DNA from: Corallochytrium limacisporum Hawaii
Lineage: Eukaryota > Protista > Pluriformea
Length of the DNA stretch: 64,000 nucleotides
Assembly: GCA_002811645.1 (NCBI GenBank)
Contig: PDIP01000010.1
Coordinates: 239,842-303,841, forward strand
Direction: 5' to 3'
Position 1 is the first letter of the stretch; each line of letters starts with the position of its first letter. The translations under genes were made by a program, and so were the position numbers. Below the pieces are notes generated by a model that saw nothing but the letters and a program-made list of their open reading frames with translations, was not told where the DNA came from and did not search any database. Below are positions 20,015 to 31,947 of the stretch, piece by piece.

Positions 20015-21004
20015 CTAATTCGAACTTGGGGAACCACTGCTCACGGATGACCGCCGAGGCCCACACTTGTACGCCCGAGCTTCTGCTGCCGCAAGATTTG
20101 GAATCTCAACCTCATCTACACCAACGAGGACTGTAGAACATAAAATGAAGTCGGGTTTGTTCGTGGCATGGTTGTAGAAAATGTCAGACAAGGTTTGCAG
20201 CCATGTGTACGACGAGTCAGTTCGCATGAAACGGTAACAAACGTCCGGCCGATCTCCTTCAACTGCCTTCTTGTGACTCTCCGCAATGTGCCCCAGATCC
20301 TCTGGATGGTAGAAGTTGTATCCGGAAAGATGCATAATATCATCTTCTGAGTAACCTAATATCCCTTCAACATTGGGAGAGTAATAGAGGAACAGGCCCT
20401 CAACACTGTGCATTGACATGAAAGCTGTGTTGCAATCCTCTGGCTTGGGGACCTCGTCCACATCTGAATATAGCAAGGTAGCATTATGCAGCTGACCCAC
20501 AGAGATGATCTTTTTCAAGGTTGGATGATATACGCTCACAGCACCAAAGAGTTTGAATCGGGCAGCTTTTCCTGTACGTAGACGTAGGCACCACTGGTGG
20601 GCACTCTTCGCGTGTGTCTGAGTCCTTCTGAAAATTCGCTTAACCTCATTGACCTCATACTTGGACTCAGCAAAGTCTTGCAGCTGTGCACCCAATACCC
20701 GATCTTGTGAATACGAAAGCTGCCGGGCTAAATCACCATGCGATTGTTCAATGGTGCCGTCCGGAGCACAGACGAGGATAATGTAGTGCTTGGCCAACTC
20801 CTCCACTGGCCGTGACTGCATCAAATATTCACGTAAAGTCGATACCCGAGTACTCTCTACATCCTCGTTGTCGATCTTAAAGCTCTCCAGCAGGGCTCCC
20901 AATTGGTCAATGCCATTTGTTTCTAGCGTACGAGGAACTCCGTTAGCAACTTTGGCTACAGGTCCATTCACCGGGCCTTCAGCGGCTCGTTTCACAGTAC
21001 TCAT
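20015..21004 (-). CDS. Tandem PAS-domain protein (PAS-B resembles bHLH-PAS/PER proteins), no DNA-binding domain
   Basis: FMSMHSVEGLFLYYSPNVEGILGY...GYNFYHPEDL...YRFMRTDSSYTWLQT...NHATNKPDFILC; degenerate first PAS (PDGTIE...LSYSQDRVLG). Confidence 0.8.
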   Translation of the reverse strand: MSTVKRAAEGPVNGPVAKVANGVPRTLETNGIDQLGALLESFKIDNEDVESTRVSTLREYLMQSRPVEELAKHYIILVCAPDGTIEQSHGDLARQLSYSQDRVLGAQLQDFAESKYEVNEVKRIFRRTQTHAKSAHQWCLRLRTGKAARFKLFGAVSVYHPTLKKIISVGQLHNATLLYSDVDEVPKPEDCNTAFMSMHSVEGLFLYYSPNVEGILGYSEDDIMHLSGYNFYHPEDLGHIAESHKKAVEGDRPDVCYRFMRTDSSYTWLQTLSDIFYNHATNKPDFILCSTVLVGVDEVEIPNLAAAEARAYKCGPRRSSVSSGSPSSN

Positions 21005-23892
21005 GTCTTCTGAAAGTCCTCTTTGTCTCCAGAATAGTAGATCGCTCGATAGACTTGTGTAAGATGAATCCCTTTGTCTTTCTACCTTTTTGTCTCACTC
21101 TCTGACGTACCTTCCTCGCTGATTCTTCTGGACATACAATATCAATGTTAGCGACCGCTTCAGGGATTCCAATTTCTCAGTGGTTGGCCTGAAACACCAT
21201 ATTCCGTTCATGAACCGACGACCAGTGACTAATGGATTGGTTGCCCAGACTTCAAACGAATTTCAGTGTGACTACGAGTAGCTCATGTGCGCATAGCTCA
21301 TTCACAAAGTGACTCGGCACCTGCGGTCAGACATGAAGGGGAGCGGCTCACGATGTTGTGAGGTTCTGGTGAACCTTCGCTGAAGGGATACCCGCCGTGT
21401 TTTGGCGGTTCGTGTGTGCGAACAAGTTTTCAGCCGCGATCATTGGCCGAAGGGTCGGTCAGTACCTAGATTGGAGTCTGATGTCCAGTTTGTGATCCAC
21501 CTCCACAGAAGCGCTTTATGATTCGGCCAAGTACGAACGCATAAAACGAACCCTTTCCCCCCTTCCACACCGTTAAACCCCCCCCCCCCTTACCTTGTTT
21601 TCTCCCCAACCGGCGTCAATCCTCCCCTTTTTCTTCCCGCTAATTCAGGAACGGACGGGCTAAACTTTCTTCTTGGCTGCCCCTACCTGGACGGAGGTGG
21701 AAAAAAAAATTGCGCCCCTCCCACCCCTCCCCTGTTTCTCGGGTGCGCGTGCGCCAAGAATCTCTCTTCGCGGCCGCAGCTGAGAGGTGCGCTTCTGGCA
21801 TCCCTGCCTGGGGTACAAAAGGTGCAGTGTCTGCCTCATCATCCGGAATCAGAGAGGTACGAACATTACTGGCGGCGCTGGTAGTGAGCGAGGGCGGAAG
21901 AATCAGTGTTTATTTCACTCGTTGTTGGTTGAATACTGCAAAGTAAAAGAAAAAACTGTTTTGGTCGAGTGGGTCACTTTCGTTCATCTCAAACTGTTCA
22001 AGACTGCGTGCTACCCTTGCCGTCCGTCTGTGTATCCTTTATAGATTTCTCTTTTGCAAGCACTCCGATCGCAAACCGATTATTTTCTGTGCCATGTCCT
22101 CAGTATCTATGGTGCGGTGGCCCAACACAACATTTCGTTCACCGCGGTCGCTGGCAACTGAAACCCCCCCAACCACGCAACCCAAACTGTCGCGTTTAGA
22201 ATGGGAAGGAGTTTGTTCGCTACCATCACCGGTGATCAGCAGTGCACACCAGGGCTATAAAATTCTGCGCAACAAATTCACCTGTATCACACCCACCTAG
22301 TAAGAGCAGAAACGAGGGGCTGCAGTGAACTCAAACCTTTTCGAGGAACATGGAAAGAACGCTCGGTTTCTTCCTCTGTACTTGCAGTACTGGGATCTCC
22401 ACTGCACTACTGGTCAGGTTGCTCGAGACTTATGGCTGAAGGGTGCAAGCCATGGGCTTCGGCGCTCATTAGCAGGCGAAGGAAACTTTGGCCCACCCCC
22501 CCCCCTCCTCTCCCCGCGCGCCCGTCCCCCCCCTTCTCCCCGGGGGCGGGGGTGGGGATGATTTGAGCTCGCGAGTTTTTGCAGACTGTCCGTTTTGAAC
22601 CGTTTCTTTTTGTCACACTCACAGAGCCAAACAAAAATTCTCTTGCACAACCGAAACAGCAAATTCCCAGTCGCTTTTCTAACTACCGTCGGTTTCACAC
22701 TGTCCGCGCTATGTTATGTGGCGCAGGTGTGCGGATTTCCCCCGCCCTTCCTTTCGGCCGGTAAGGTTCTTCTTTGTAGTGGACGTTTCAGACACATAAA
22801 CACCGAAGAAAACAAACGAAAGAGCATGTTCACAAAGAGCAGTAAACAGACCGACCCGATAACACCATGCACCGGCATTTCGTCAACACAGCGAAGCGAA
22901 AGGATCGGGGAAACTTTCTCTTTGTTTGTGCACATGCGCTCTCTCGTGGTTTGCCCGCCCGCTTAAGATCTTTGGTTTCGAATGTACTGTGTCTCTCCCC
23001 TCCCTTCTCGACCCTGAGTGTCAGTGAAAAGTACGGGCCAACGGGCCTTGCTCACTCCCCTGTCTCTCCACGCTGGCAAAGGGGGGGGGGAGGGGAGGCA
23101 GGGGCGGGGGCATATGTTTCCATGGGGGTAGGGGAATATTAAGAGGGGGGGGATGTATAGGAAATATTTGTCCCCCTCCCCCTTCCATTCACCCGGGTAC
23201 CGCCCTGTGCAGGGGGGGGGGGAAGTGGACAAAAGCTTTCAATTTCATTAGAGCACTGGCTCGCGATCCCCAACGACGACCTCAAGGTTCTATAGGAGAG
23301 CACAAATCACATTAGTTTCAGAACGCGGGCACGCGAATGTCCCTACGATTTCAGCATTGTCGGGGAAATAGAGAACAATATGCTTTGGATGCACGACAGG
23401 ATCATGAACAAAATGTGAGCGATCGGAGTCTGTAAGCTCTCGTCATATGCAAGTGGTTAAGTGTTTCTTAAGGCCCATGAAGAGAGTCAGTAACAAATCT
23501 GAGATCTTCCTTTAGGGGATGGACATCGATTTATCTTTAATAACAGTCGCCATTTTGAACATCCCTGCAAGAGAACGATGAGAAAGCGCCATGTCCCGTG
23601 GACACTGCGAGTGGGGCACACAGACTCACACATACCGCGCGAGAAAGAGAGACAGCAGGCAACGCGAACGGGCGACCGAATAGTGATGCTGTGCCCATCT
23701 CGTGCTATCCGTGCGCCTCCCATACCAGTTCTGGTCGTCAACCCATTTGATACGTGTTCAAATCAGAAGCCGCAGAGTAACGGGAATTAAGTGATAAAGA
23801 AGAATGAGAGCGACATGTAAAAGAAAGGGGATCCAGTTACCCCAGCAGCAGCAGCAGCAGCATACGATGCTGTCTTGCTGCGATGGCGTACC

Positions 23893-25050
23893 ATGCGGGG
23901 CCGGTTGTTCCATTTCCATTTCCCAGATGACAACGCCTTGATTAAATATGTCAATTCCAGCCCGATAAGCCTGCATCGGGAGGAGTTCTGTGACACAACA
24001 CCCAACAACACCAGACTGCCCATTGGGTAATGTCCCGTCGTCGTTTACGGAATGTCGTTTGTGCATGTGCGAGGATCCGTGCACGGTCCGTGCTTGGGGA
24101 GTAATCCTTCGAAGGAACGGGGCTCCCTGTAAATATTACGAAGACTCCCAAATTTCCTTCTCTTTGCGTCCCCCTTTCGGGGATCCGTTGGGGAATTCGC
24201 CGGGATGTTGCCGTTACAATGGGAGCGGTACACTTGCGCTGGGATTCTTTGGCGACGACGCCACATTGAACGGATCACATGCCAAAGCTGCGCATCTAAT
24301 TCAGGAGAGCAAAGAACAATTGTTTGGTGGTTCACCTACTGGTCACCTACTGGTGGAACACACAGGCAGACAGAAACCTAGGAGCGCACTGTCTTTAGAT
24401 GCGGGCAAGGCAGGCCTTTGGGGAGGACAAACCAAATTCCGCGGGTCGATCCAGTGGTTGGATCTTTGTATCTTTATGGCGGGACATGATCAGTAGACCA
24501 CCGGAGTCTCATAGAGGTTGGACCAATCCAAGAGCACTGTGAAACTGGTGGCTATAGGCAACTGATCAACTTGTCCGTACCATGCCCACTCGGGTCCCAT
24601 CCATCATCACCGCAGTCTCTCAATCCCCACCGCCACCTACCATGCACTGCCTGCACATCCTGGATTTGTGGTGATTACATCCCGACCAGGTCACCCTTAC
24701 CGGAAGAAGCATACCTTCTCCGCATTCCTATAGGAGAAACTCTGACGCACTGGATAATCAATCCAGTTCCCCGTCCACAAAAGAGAGCAGAGCTGGGGGC
24801 GCGCCCCTGTCGTTTTGTGTGCTGACCATGTGCACACAAGAACACATTGGAACACCAAAGGTAGCCCACCTTCACGTTAAAATCCCTCGGGATCTTGTGC
24901 TCAAGAGAATCACGTTCCTGTCAAAGACGACCGCCTTCCGTCTACACTGTGAGCATCTTCGGATCCCACAGGGTCTGCTTCGAGGTTGTGTTGTTTGTCT
25001 GGTGGAGAACAAGGCTCAGGAATTAATGCATGGTCATTTTGACCGATCAA
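23893..25050 (+). pseudogene. Decayed, truncated CFAP44/WDR52-like WD40 flagellar gene
   Basis: Collinear motifs HFPDDNAL, KYYE...SLRP, YNGSGTLA, DATL, KEQL...GHL, TGRQK, LWGGQTK, GSIQ...MAGHD, HSGPI, each matching the CFAP44 N-terminal propeller in order; 3' boundary uncertain. Confidence 0.65.
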
Positions 25051-25074
25051 ACACACTAATAGAAGCTGGCAGGA

Positions 25075-26465
25075 GTGGACATTCTACCCGTTGCGGAAAG
25101 AACCCGCTTCATTTGAGTGATGACTGTCTACCATATAGAACCCTGGTCTACGTCATTTCACAAGCCTTACGATTCAGCTGGCCCTTCATTTTCTTTGTCG
25201 GCCAATTGTTAATTGTTGCGCTTCGATGCTGGACAGCTACTGCATGTGGGCCGACAAAACACTTGGACTGGAGAGAGCGATAGACAAAGCCTGCGTATCA
25301 AAGTAACCACGCAGTCGCACCTCCAAATCAAATCCTCACCATCGAATATACAACCGTCCGCACATTGGGGCCCCTGGGGTCCCGGAGCCATCTCCCAATC
25401 ACTGCCCACAACTTCTTTATCCCCAACCCCAACTTCTCCCAGGCGGGGTGTCCCTAATCTCCCCAGGATGTTTCCCTCCCAACGACGAGCGAGGCGGGTT
25501 GGGAAATATGGGTCCCCTCTTCCCGCCTTGTCGTCGCCCTCTGCCAAACTGGGACAACCTGGTCTCCCCGCTCCCCCGTCCCCCGGCCGGGGGAGCGGGG
25601 GAACAAACCGCCGCAGGTGCGGCAAGTGTCCAAGTGGACAGTCTTGTCGCCAACAACAACATGCAGCCGGGTTTCACCAGACATCTGTATGGACAGAGAC
25701 ACCATCGAAGTCATCACCGTCTGTAGGAGAATGAAATGATCATCGTCTGAGCTAGCGATGTCCATCTACCGATCCATTCAAAAATTTATCGTCCACCATA
25801 CCGGGACTCACATCCCAGCAACAATGGCAACGTCTACGGAAAAGACATCATTCGGGGGCACCTCTGCCAAGCATCGTTAGATTATCCTCCACAAGAGGTG
25901 TTGATGGACCACTCCTGTGGGATGTCTAACGGACCACGAGATCTTCCTGTAGCAGATGCCAAATCGTTTTAGGTCAAACTCTCCCTCATCCGTGTCGCAT
26001 CTTCGTCGAGTAGGAAGGCAAGCAACTCCCGGCAGCATTGTCTTGCGCATGGCAGGCATCCTTCAGATGGGGAATAACATGCTTGAGGACTTCGATCCCC
26101 AAATTGGTTTGCGGATTAAAGCGGTGATGTCTCGTTCTGGTGACGATGTAATTGGGGTTCCCTCGGGGAGCAGGGAACGTCTCTCCTCGCCGAGGGAGGC
26201 AGCCGGGGAGAACGGAGAGACCGGGGGGGATTTGAGAAGGGGCCCATTTTCCCTTCATCCTCGACAAAAATATTAGACCCCCAATCACTATTCAATCCAT
26301 TAAATTGTGTTCATAGGGGATCAGGTTATGGTCTAAGTGTTTGGAGAGGGAGATGAAAAAAGGGGGAGGGGGCCCGAGTGCGAAGGTTTGCAATGGAGCA
26401 ACCGAAGAGGGGGGGGGTGGGGGCTACGGTGGTGGCGGCTCTGTTCGTCAACAACTTCCTTAGCG
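25075..26465 (-). pseudogene. BBS2: Decayed BBSome subunit BBS2
   Basis: Collinear motifs EVVDE, FGCSIAN, LNSD, RGPLDIP, VPPNDVFSVDV, VPVWWTINF, IQMSGE, GEDLIWRCD, KRNN, RVLYGR, VIT, broken by many stops, frameshifts and deletions. Confidence 0.72.
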
Positions 26466-26854
26466 TTTTGTTCGGTGTTCACCACCCCCCCCGTAGTACT
26501 CTGTCTACTCGAGTGGATGAGCGGGAAGGGGAATCGCAGGGATTCTGTTTAGCTGGCGGCGCAGGACTGACTCTCGACGCTTTTGCGCACGTCCGTTCCG
26601 ATCTTTTGCGTATCGTGCCGGCACACCCCTGTCTTGGTTCTTTACGTTTACCGACCAACCGTTGTGGATGTCACATGATGTAGACTGGGTCAAACATGTG
26701 ACCGTCAAGATGGTAACATTTGTGCTTATTGTGATGGATGGTAATGGTAGATCAGGCGAATGTTATGCCTCACAAGCACAGCACCGTTCTCCGGCTTAGT
26801 GCACTTCGGAAACAGTTTACAGCGTCAGGTCGTAACGGGACACAAAACAAAAAG

Positions 26855-27577
26855 ATGGCCACCTCGTTTGCAGGCCTAGGGCACCAGTACGCTCCCTTGG
26901 AGAGCAAGGATCAATTCATCGATGCAGGCATTCGCCGCTTTGTGGCCGCTTCTACCCTTGAAACTACCCTCGAGGCCCCCAAGCTGCGTCTTGAGACCCT
27001 GAAGTCTCTTGATCATGCATTCAAACCACCGCAGGTGTACATCTCCCTAGTTAAGGGTGCTGTGCTCGGGCCCCTGACCGCAGAAAAGCGGGAAAAGATC
27101 CCTGAGGCTTTTGCTGTCGTCGTCGCCAAGGACATCAGCTACAATACTACCAAGGCCATCTTTCAGCAATATGCCATAAATCACATGAAGCCGTTAATAG
27201 CAGAACGCCTGATGACCGACGTCAGCGCCGAAGCCATCCGTATCCTCGATAAGGATGGTGCCAGCTTTGCCGCCACGTACTACGCCATCTTCAAGGCCGG
27301 ATGCTACGCCGCCACCCTTACCCACGCCGCCATCTATGCCGTTGAACAGTTTGTAGAGATCGCTAAAGTCTACCTTGCACCCAAGGAGACTATCCCCACA
27401 AAGCCTGTGGATGCGAAGCGGAAAGCCTTTGTCGACGTCAGTGCTGAGCATATGTCCCGGTTCCTGGGGTCCGTGCTGCTGAGCGGCATCGGTGCGGCCT
27501 TGGGTACCATGATCTCCCCTGGACGCGGTACCTTTGTCGGTGCCTTGGTCGGTGACTCAATCCTGTATGTCTTTTGA
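26855..27577 (+). CDS. Hypothetical protein with C-terminal glycine-zipper-like hydrophobic hairpin
   Basis: 240-aa ORF with coding-like codon usage; ends LSGIGAALGTMISPGRGTFVGALVGDSILYVF. Confidence 0.75.
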   Translation: MATSFAGLGHQYAPLESKDQFIDAGIRRFVAASTLETTLEAPKLRLETLKSLDHAFKPPQVYISLVKGAVLGPLTAEKREKIPEAFAVVVAKDISYNTTKAIFQQYAINHMKPLIAERLMTDVSAEAIRILDKDGASFAATYYAIFKAGCYAATLTHAAIYAVEQFVEIAKVYLAPKETIPTKPVDAKRKAFVDVSAEHMSRFLGSVLLSGIGAALGTMISPGRGTFVGALVGDSILYVF

Positions 27578-28024
27578 ACGACAAACGCTTTCAGGAATCT
27601 CCCTGTTCCATGATGACCAGAGTTAAATACAAGAGTCATACGTAACTCGTCCTATAAAACACGTTCAATATGAAGGTTTGAAATTGGTTTATGATTAGGA
27701 AAAAATTTTCGATATGCAATGCAACTAAGTCATGATCAAAAGGGTTCCAAAGAGGTAAACCTGTTGTGCTAAATAGGATAGTCTCCTTCTTCCGCATAGG
27801 CTGTACCTTTGGGACCCTTTTGCTGTGATGAAATTATGCCGGGTGGTGATGAACCATTGCAGTGTGCGTTAAAAGGGGACAACGACAACGGCCAAACAGA
27901 TTGTGTTTGTGAAGTGATACTATGTTATGTTGATGATTGGTTGATGTTTCAAGTAAATAGGAAACAGGGGCATTATGTTTTGTTGTTCGTGGAACAAGGT
28001 TTAAAAACAAGCGGAAGACCCAAT

Positions 28025-28555
28025 TTACTTGTTCAGCAGGATACCATCGAACTTCTGCTGGAACCACTTCATGGTCTCCTCGGCGTCGATCTTATGGGAG
28101 GCACCAATCTTGCCAGACTTAATCTTCTTCTTGTTGACGCGGCCACCGCCACGGCGTCCCATAACTACGAAAAAGTCCATACCGTAGATACCGATGCTAG
28201 GATCGTACTTGATACCCAGATCAATGTGCTCCTGAATACCGAAACCGAAGTTACCAGTGCTGCTGAAGTTGGCGCGACGGAGTTCGTACTCCTTAACCTT
28301 CAATCCGCGCTCGATAATCTCAAGGGCCTTCTCGCCACGGACGGTAACGGAGACAGCGATCTTTTCGTTACGACGAATACCGAAAGAACGGATAGTGAAG
28401 CGGGCCTTAGAGCTCTTTGGGGTCTGACCAGTCAGCTGCTCCAACACCTTGGAGGCACGAGTCAGACGATCACCAGACTCACCAACACAGATGTTGACGA
28501 TGAGCTTGCGAACGACGAGCTCGCGCATAGGGTTTGCGCTCTTATCCTTAGTCAT
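28025..28555 (-). CDS. RPL11: 60S ribosomal protein L11 (uL5)
   Basis: [57 protein letters not shown]. Confidence 0.98.
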   Translation of the reverse strand: MTKDKSANPMRELVVRKLIVNICVGESGDRLTRASKVLEQLTGQTPKSSKARFTIRSFGIRRNEKIAVSVTVRGEKALEIIERGLKVKEYELRRANFSSTGNFGFGIQEHIDLGIKYDPSIGIYGMDFFVVMGRRGGGRVNKKKIKSGKIGASHKIDAEETMKWFQQKFDGILLNK

Positions 28556-29843
28556 GATTATGCAATTATATCTCTACAATGATTCCCGAGTATAACCAGT
28601 CATAAGAGTATATGGTTATCTGACATTATATACCAAGTGATCGTCCTCAAGTAACTTAAACTTGTATTATAACTCATAGTATTACACCGTAAACGGTTTT
28701 CACAGCTGCGGTCTGTTCTGGTTCTTGTTGATACCACGGGGTCGTCTTAAAGCGCTCCAAGAGCCCCAATCGCACAGTACTGTCGAAGCAGCTACTATGC
28801 ACGGTGAACAGGTGCCAGCTGTTCGAGGTGCAACTAGGGCGCAGCAGAGCGAGGCCAAACTGCACTTTACTGTGAGAGTGTTGCAAACATGGGTGGTTAA
28901 GCCGGAGCCCATCCTAGTCTCGTCGACACGGGTTTCCCATCCCTGTGGGCCATTCACTACCAGAAACTGCCACCTTCTCGTGGACCCCCAATACATTCGA
29001 TATGACACGGTTAGCAAGACCGTGTATTTACTATACAGGAAGGTAAACTACAGAGATTAATACTAAATGTATTGCGAACCACCTCTTTTGAGAACCTTCG
29101 TTTCCGGAAAATAAACTCTCCTCTCTTTCTACCAAATTTTTCATTGCAATTTTTTGTTGAATATTTTATGTGTGTTTTCCCTCGATGGCCATATTTCTTG
29201 TGTGTGCTTTCTCAGCTCCGTCGTCCAAGTATCCCCACTACCGCAAACGCCAGGAACCCCCTGGTTCCCATAGCCAATGTACAGGATTCACTCTCTCTCT
29301 ATGATTACAAATATATCATCATATTCTAGACATATTTGTTGATTTAAAATATACCCAAGGGCAAGAACTGCTCATTACTGTACACGGAGTTTTTTGACCT
29401 GCGGGTTTTTGCATTCCTAAGGTAATATGGGTAATACGCGCAAGCCTTTCAAGTACCAACGCGCATGTGTCGGTAAGAGTTGCCCCCATGGTACTTTCCG
29501 AGGATGGCAGGTGAGAGGAACCACATGCAGTAAGACGCTACGGAGTTTGCAGTACCGGGAAACCATCATGGTTTGTGGACCTTGAAACCACAACGGAGAG
29601 AGAAGCGTCCAAGTCACTTCGGGATAACGCCACCATGCGCGGTTGTTGGGGGACAGACAGATGGACCGCACAGACAGACAGACAGAGAGTATCGCATGAC
29701 CTTTTGATCGAAAAGAAGAAGAAGCCACAGACACAATGCTCTCTGCGGGGTGCGCAACCGGAACCGGAGAGGATCATGAGAGGCACAACGCCGTCGTGCG
29801 TACGGCATAGTGAGTTGTTGGTATGCTCCTGCTCTCCCGGTGG

Positions 29844-29845
<2 letters not shown>

Positions 29846-29909
<64 letters not shown>
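29846..29909. repeat. (AG)n microsatellite, about 32 units, with degenerate AG-rich flank to about 29990
   Basis: Direct inspection. Confidence 0.95.
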
Positions 29910-29910
<1 letters not shown>

Positions 29911-31947
29911 CAGAGCGAGACAGAGAGAGAGATAGAGAGAAACAGTAAGAGAGAGGGGGATAGTGAGGGAGAGAGAGAAGGAGAGAGAGTGCAGTGAGAC
30001 GCATGTGTTGTGTATGCGCGCGCTCCGGGCACAAGAGTCTGCCCGCGCGTGCACGATGAAAGCTGCGAAGGTAGACCATAAAAACACCCATTGTTTGACG
30101 AAGAAAAAACAACAACACGCAAAACTATTAGAAAGGCGGGCATGAGAGCGTGAGTACGAACCGGGATGCCCAAGTAGTCCGATCCTCCTCCCCCCCACCC
30201 CCCCCCACTTCAATTGGAGGGGTCGCTCTTTGTGTGTGTATTTTTGATTTAGATACTTGTGTGTTGTCGTAATTGCCGGCAGTGTATTTCTGGTTTATCG
30301 CGCGATCATCACCAACAATCCCCGAACACCCACCCCCGTGTCCTCTCCCCTACGCTTCATAATATCACTCTCGCTCACACACTCACACGCTGCTCCCGGC
30401 TCACGCACGGAACTAACGAGGTTCTTCCAGCAGGTCTGCTGTCCTGCTATCCCTTTTGCACACACCCACGCCCGGCATCGCCGACATAACCTTGGAACCA
30501 ACCCGCCGATCCTCTCCCACCGGGACTAACGCCAACCGCACGAACCGGAGACACATCACCTTGATGCGCGATCGACACTGGGGCCCTCGGCTCACACTGA
30601 TGATAAGCCGTGCCCAAAAGAAGGCACATCAATATCCAAGTGTGGTGTGCGCGAGCAACCATGCCTTCACATGTCCGGACGGGAAACACAAGGTGGGCCT
30701 ATACTGTCCCGCCTGTACCTCATATCTGCCTCTGTGTAGCTTCTGCTGCAAGGTGTCTCTGTATTCCTGGGCCGTGGTTGGCTTTTTTTGGTCCGTGGCT
30801 GTCGTTGTTGTCTTGCGAAACCGAACTTCGAGCAGATTCGAGAACCGAAACCCAATCCAAGGTCAGTATTTTCCTTTAGTCGTGACGGTATGTGTAAGAT
30901 GGTCTGTTCTTGCACCGCGGCTCCGAAAATCCTTTTTCAATATTTTCTCCAAGCATCCCCAACCCAACCTCCCCCAATTCCTTTTCCCGTCCCATCCACG
31001 TCGTTTTAGAGTTATATACGTCGTCAGGGTCAAAAAGTTGGCAGTGGCTGTCGACCCCGGGGAAAAGCGGTAGTTGAGCGGGAGAAGAAAAAGGAGAAGG
31101 GAGAAAGGGGGAGAGAGAGAGAGCGAAAAGAAGGGAGGGGGTGGGGTGGGCTTCAAATCCATTTTTTTTCCCTTTCCGTTTGCTCGACATTTGTCGCTAC
31201 ATTCATAAACGATGGGCTGGCTAACCTTTGTCGAGGGGAAGAGGAGAAGAAGCAAAAGAAAAAGAGAGAGAGAGACAAAAGGGGGATTGGGAGTTTTTGG
31301 GCTCGCGAGACTGGGCGTTGCTTTTGCGCTTTAAAGTTGCCAACAGAACCCGGGCGTGCCCTTTCTTAGATTCCATTTTCTCTCCCGGGAGCTTTTGTAC
31401 CTGCGTCCCGCTGCTTGCGGGGAGAATGGTTGGTCCCTAGGTCTCACTATTTTCTTTATTTTGCGTGTGTAGTACTTTGGGGGGAGGGGGGGGGAACAAA
31501 AACACCGCCGCCGCCCCTCGCTCCCCTCTCTCCCTGTGTCTCGCCCGGGCTTTTCCTTCTCGCCGCCGCCGACGAATCGCGGTTGAGGGAGGGGAGATTG
31601 GCTTGGACGGCAGTGGCCAGTCAGCAAGAGTCGAGGAGTGAGTGTGTTTGGAACAATCATTTGGTTACAGTTAGAGTGGTACTTATAGAGGCATTGATGA
31701 TCTATCAAATGCGTACTTGAGGCCCAAGTTTCTGTCAATGGAAAGATCCAAGTTGTAGATAAATAAGGACCTGTAAGAACAGTAGAATGCCTAGCATCTC
31801 CTTGGTCCGTGTCAGTAGGACTCAACAGCGCAACTCAACGGTCTATGAGGGATGAGGCAATGTTTAGACGGCGCAGTGCGCACCACCTAACAAAGCATAT
31901 AACAGGTGTGCGCTAGGGATCCCTAGGGATAGAGGCAAGCGAAAACC

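Noticed and set aside
27809-28582. 257-aa plus-strand ORF
   Set aside because: Antisense shadow of RPL11 caused by codon bias
28700-29060. Ankyrin-like words (RGQTALY, AGAHPSLVD) upstream of RPL11
   Set aside because: Too few residues to distinguish from chance by eye
29538-30213. Several long ORFs with LSLSLS/ERERER
   Set aside because: Artefacts of the stop-free (AG)n microsatellite
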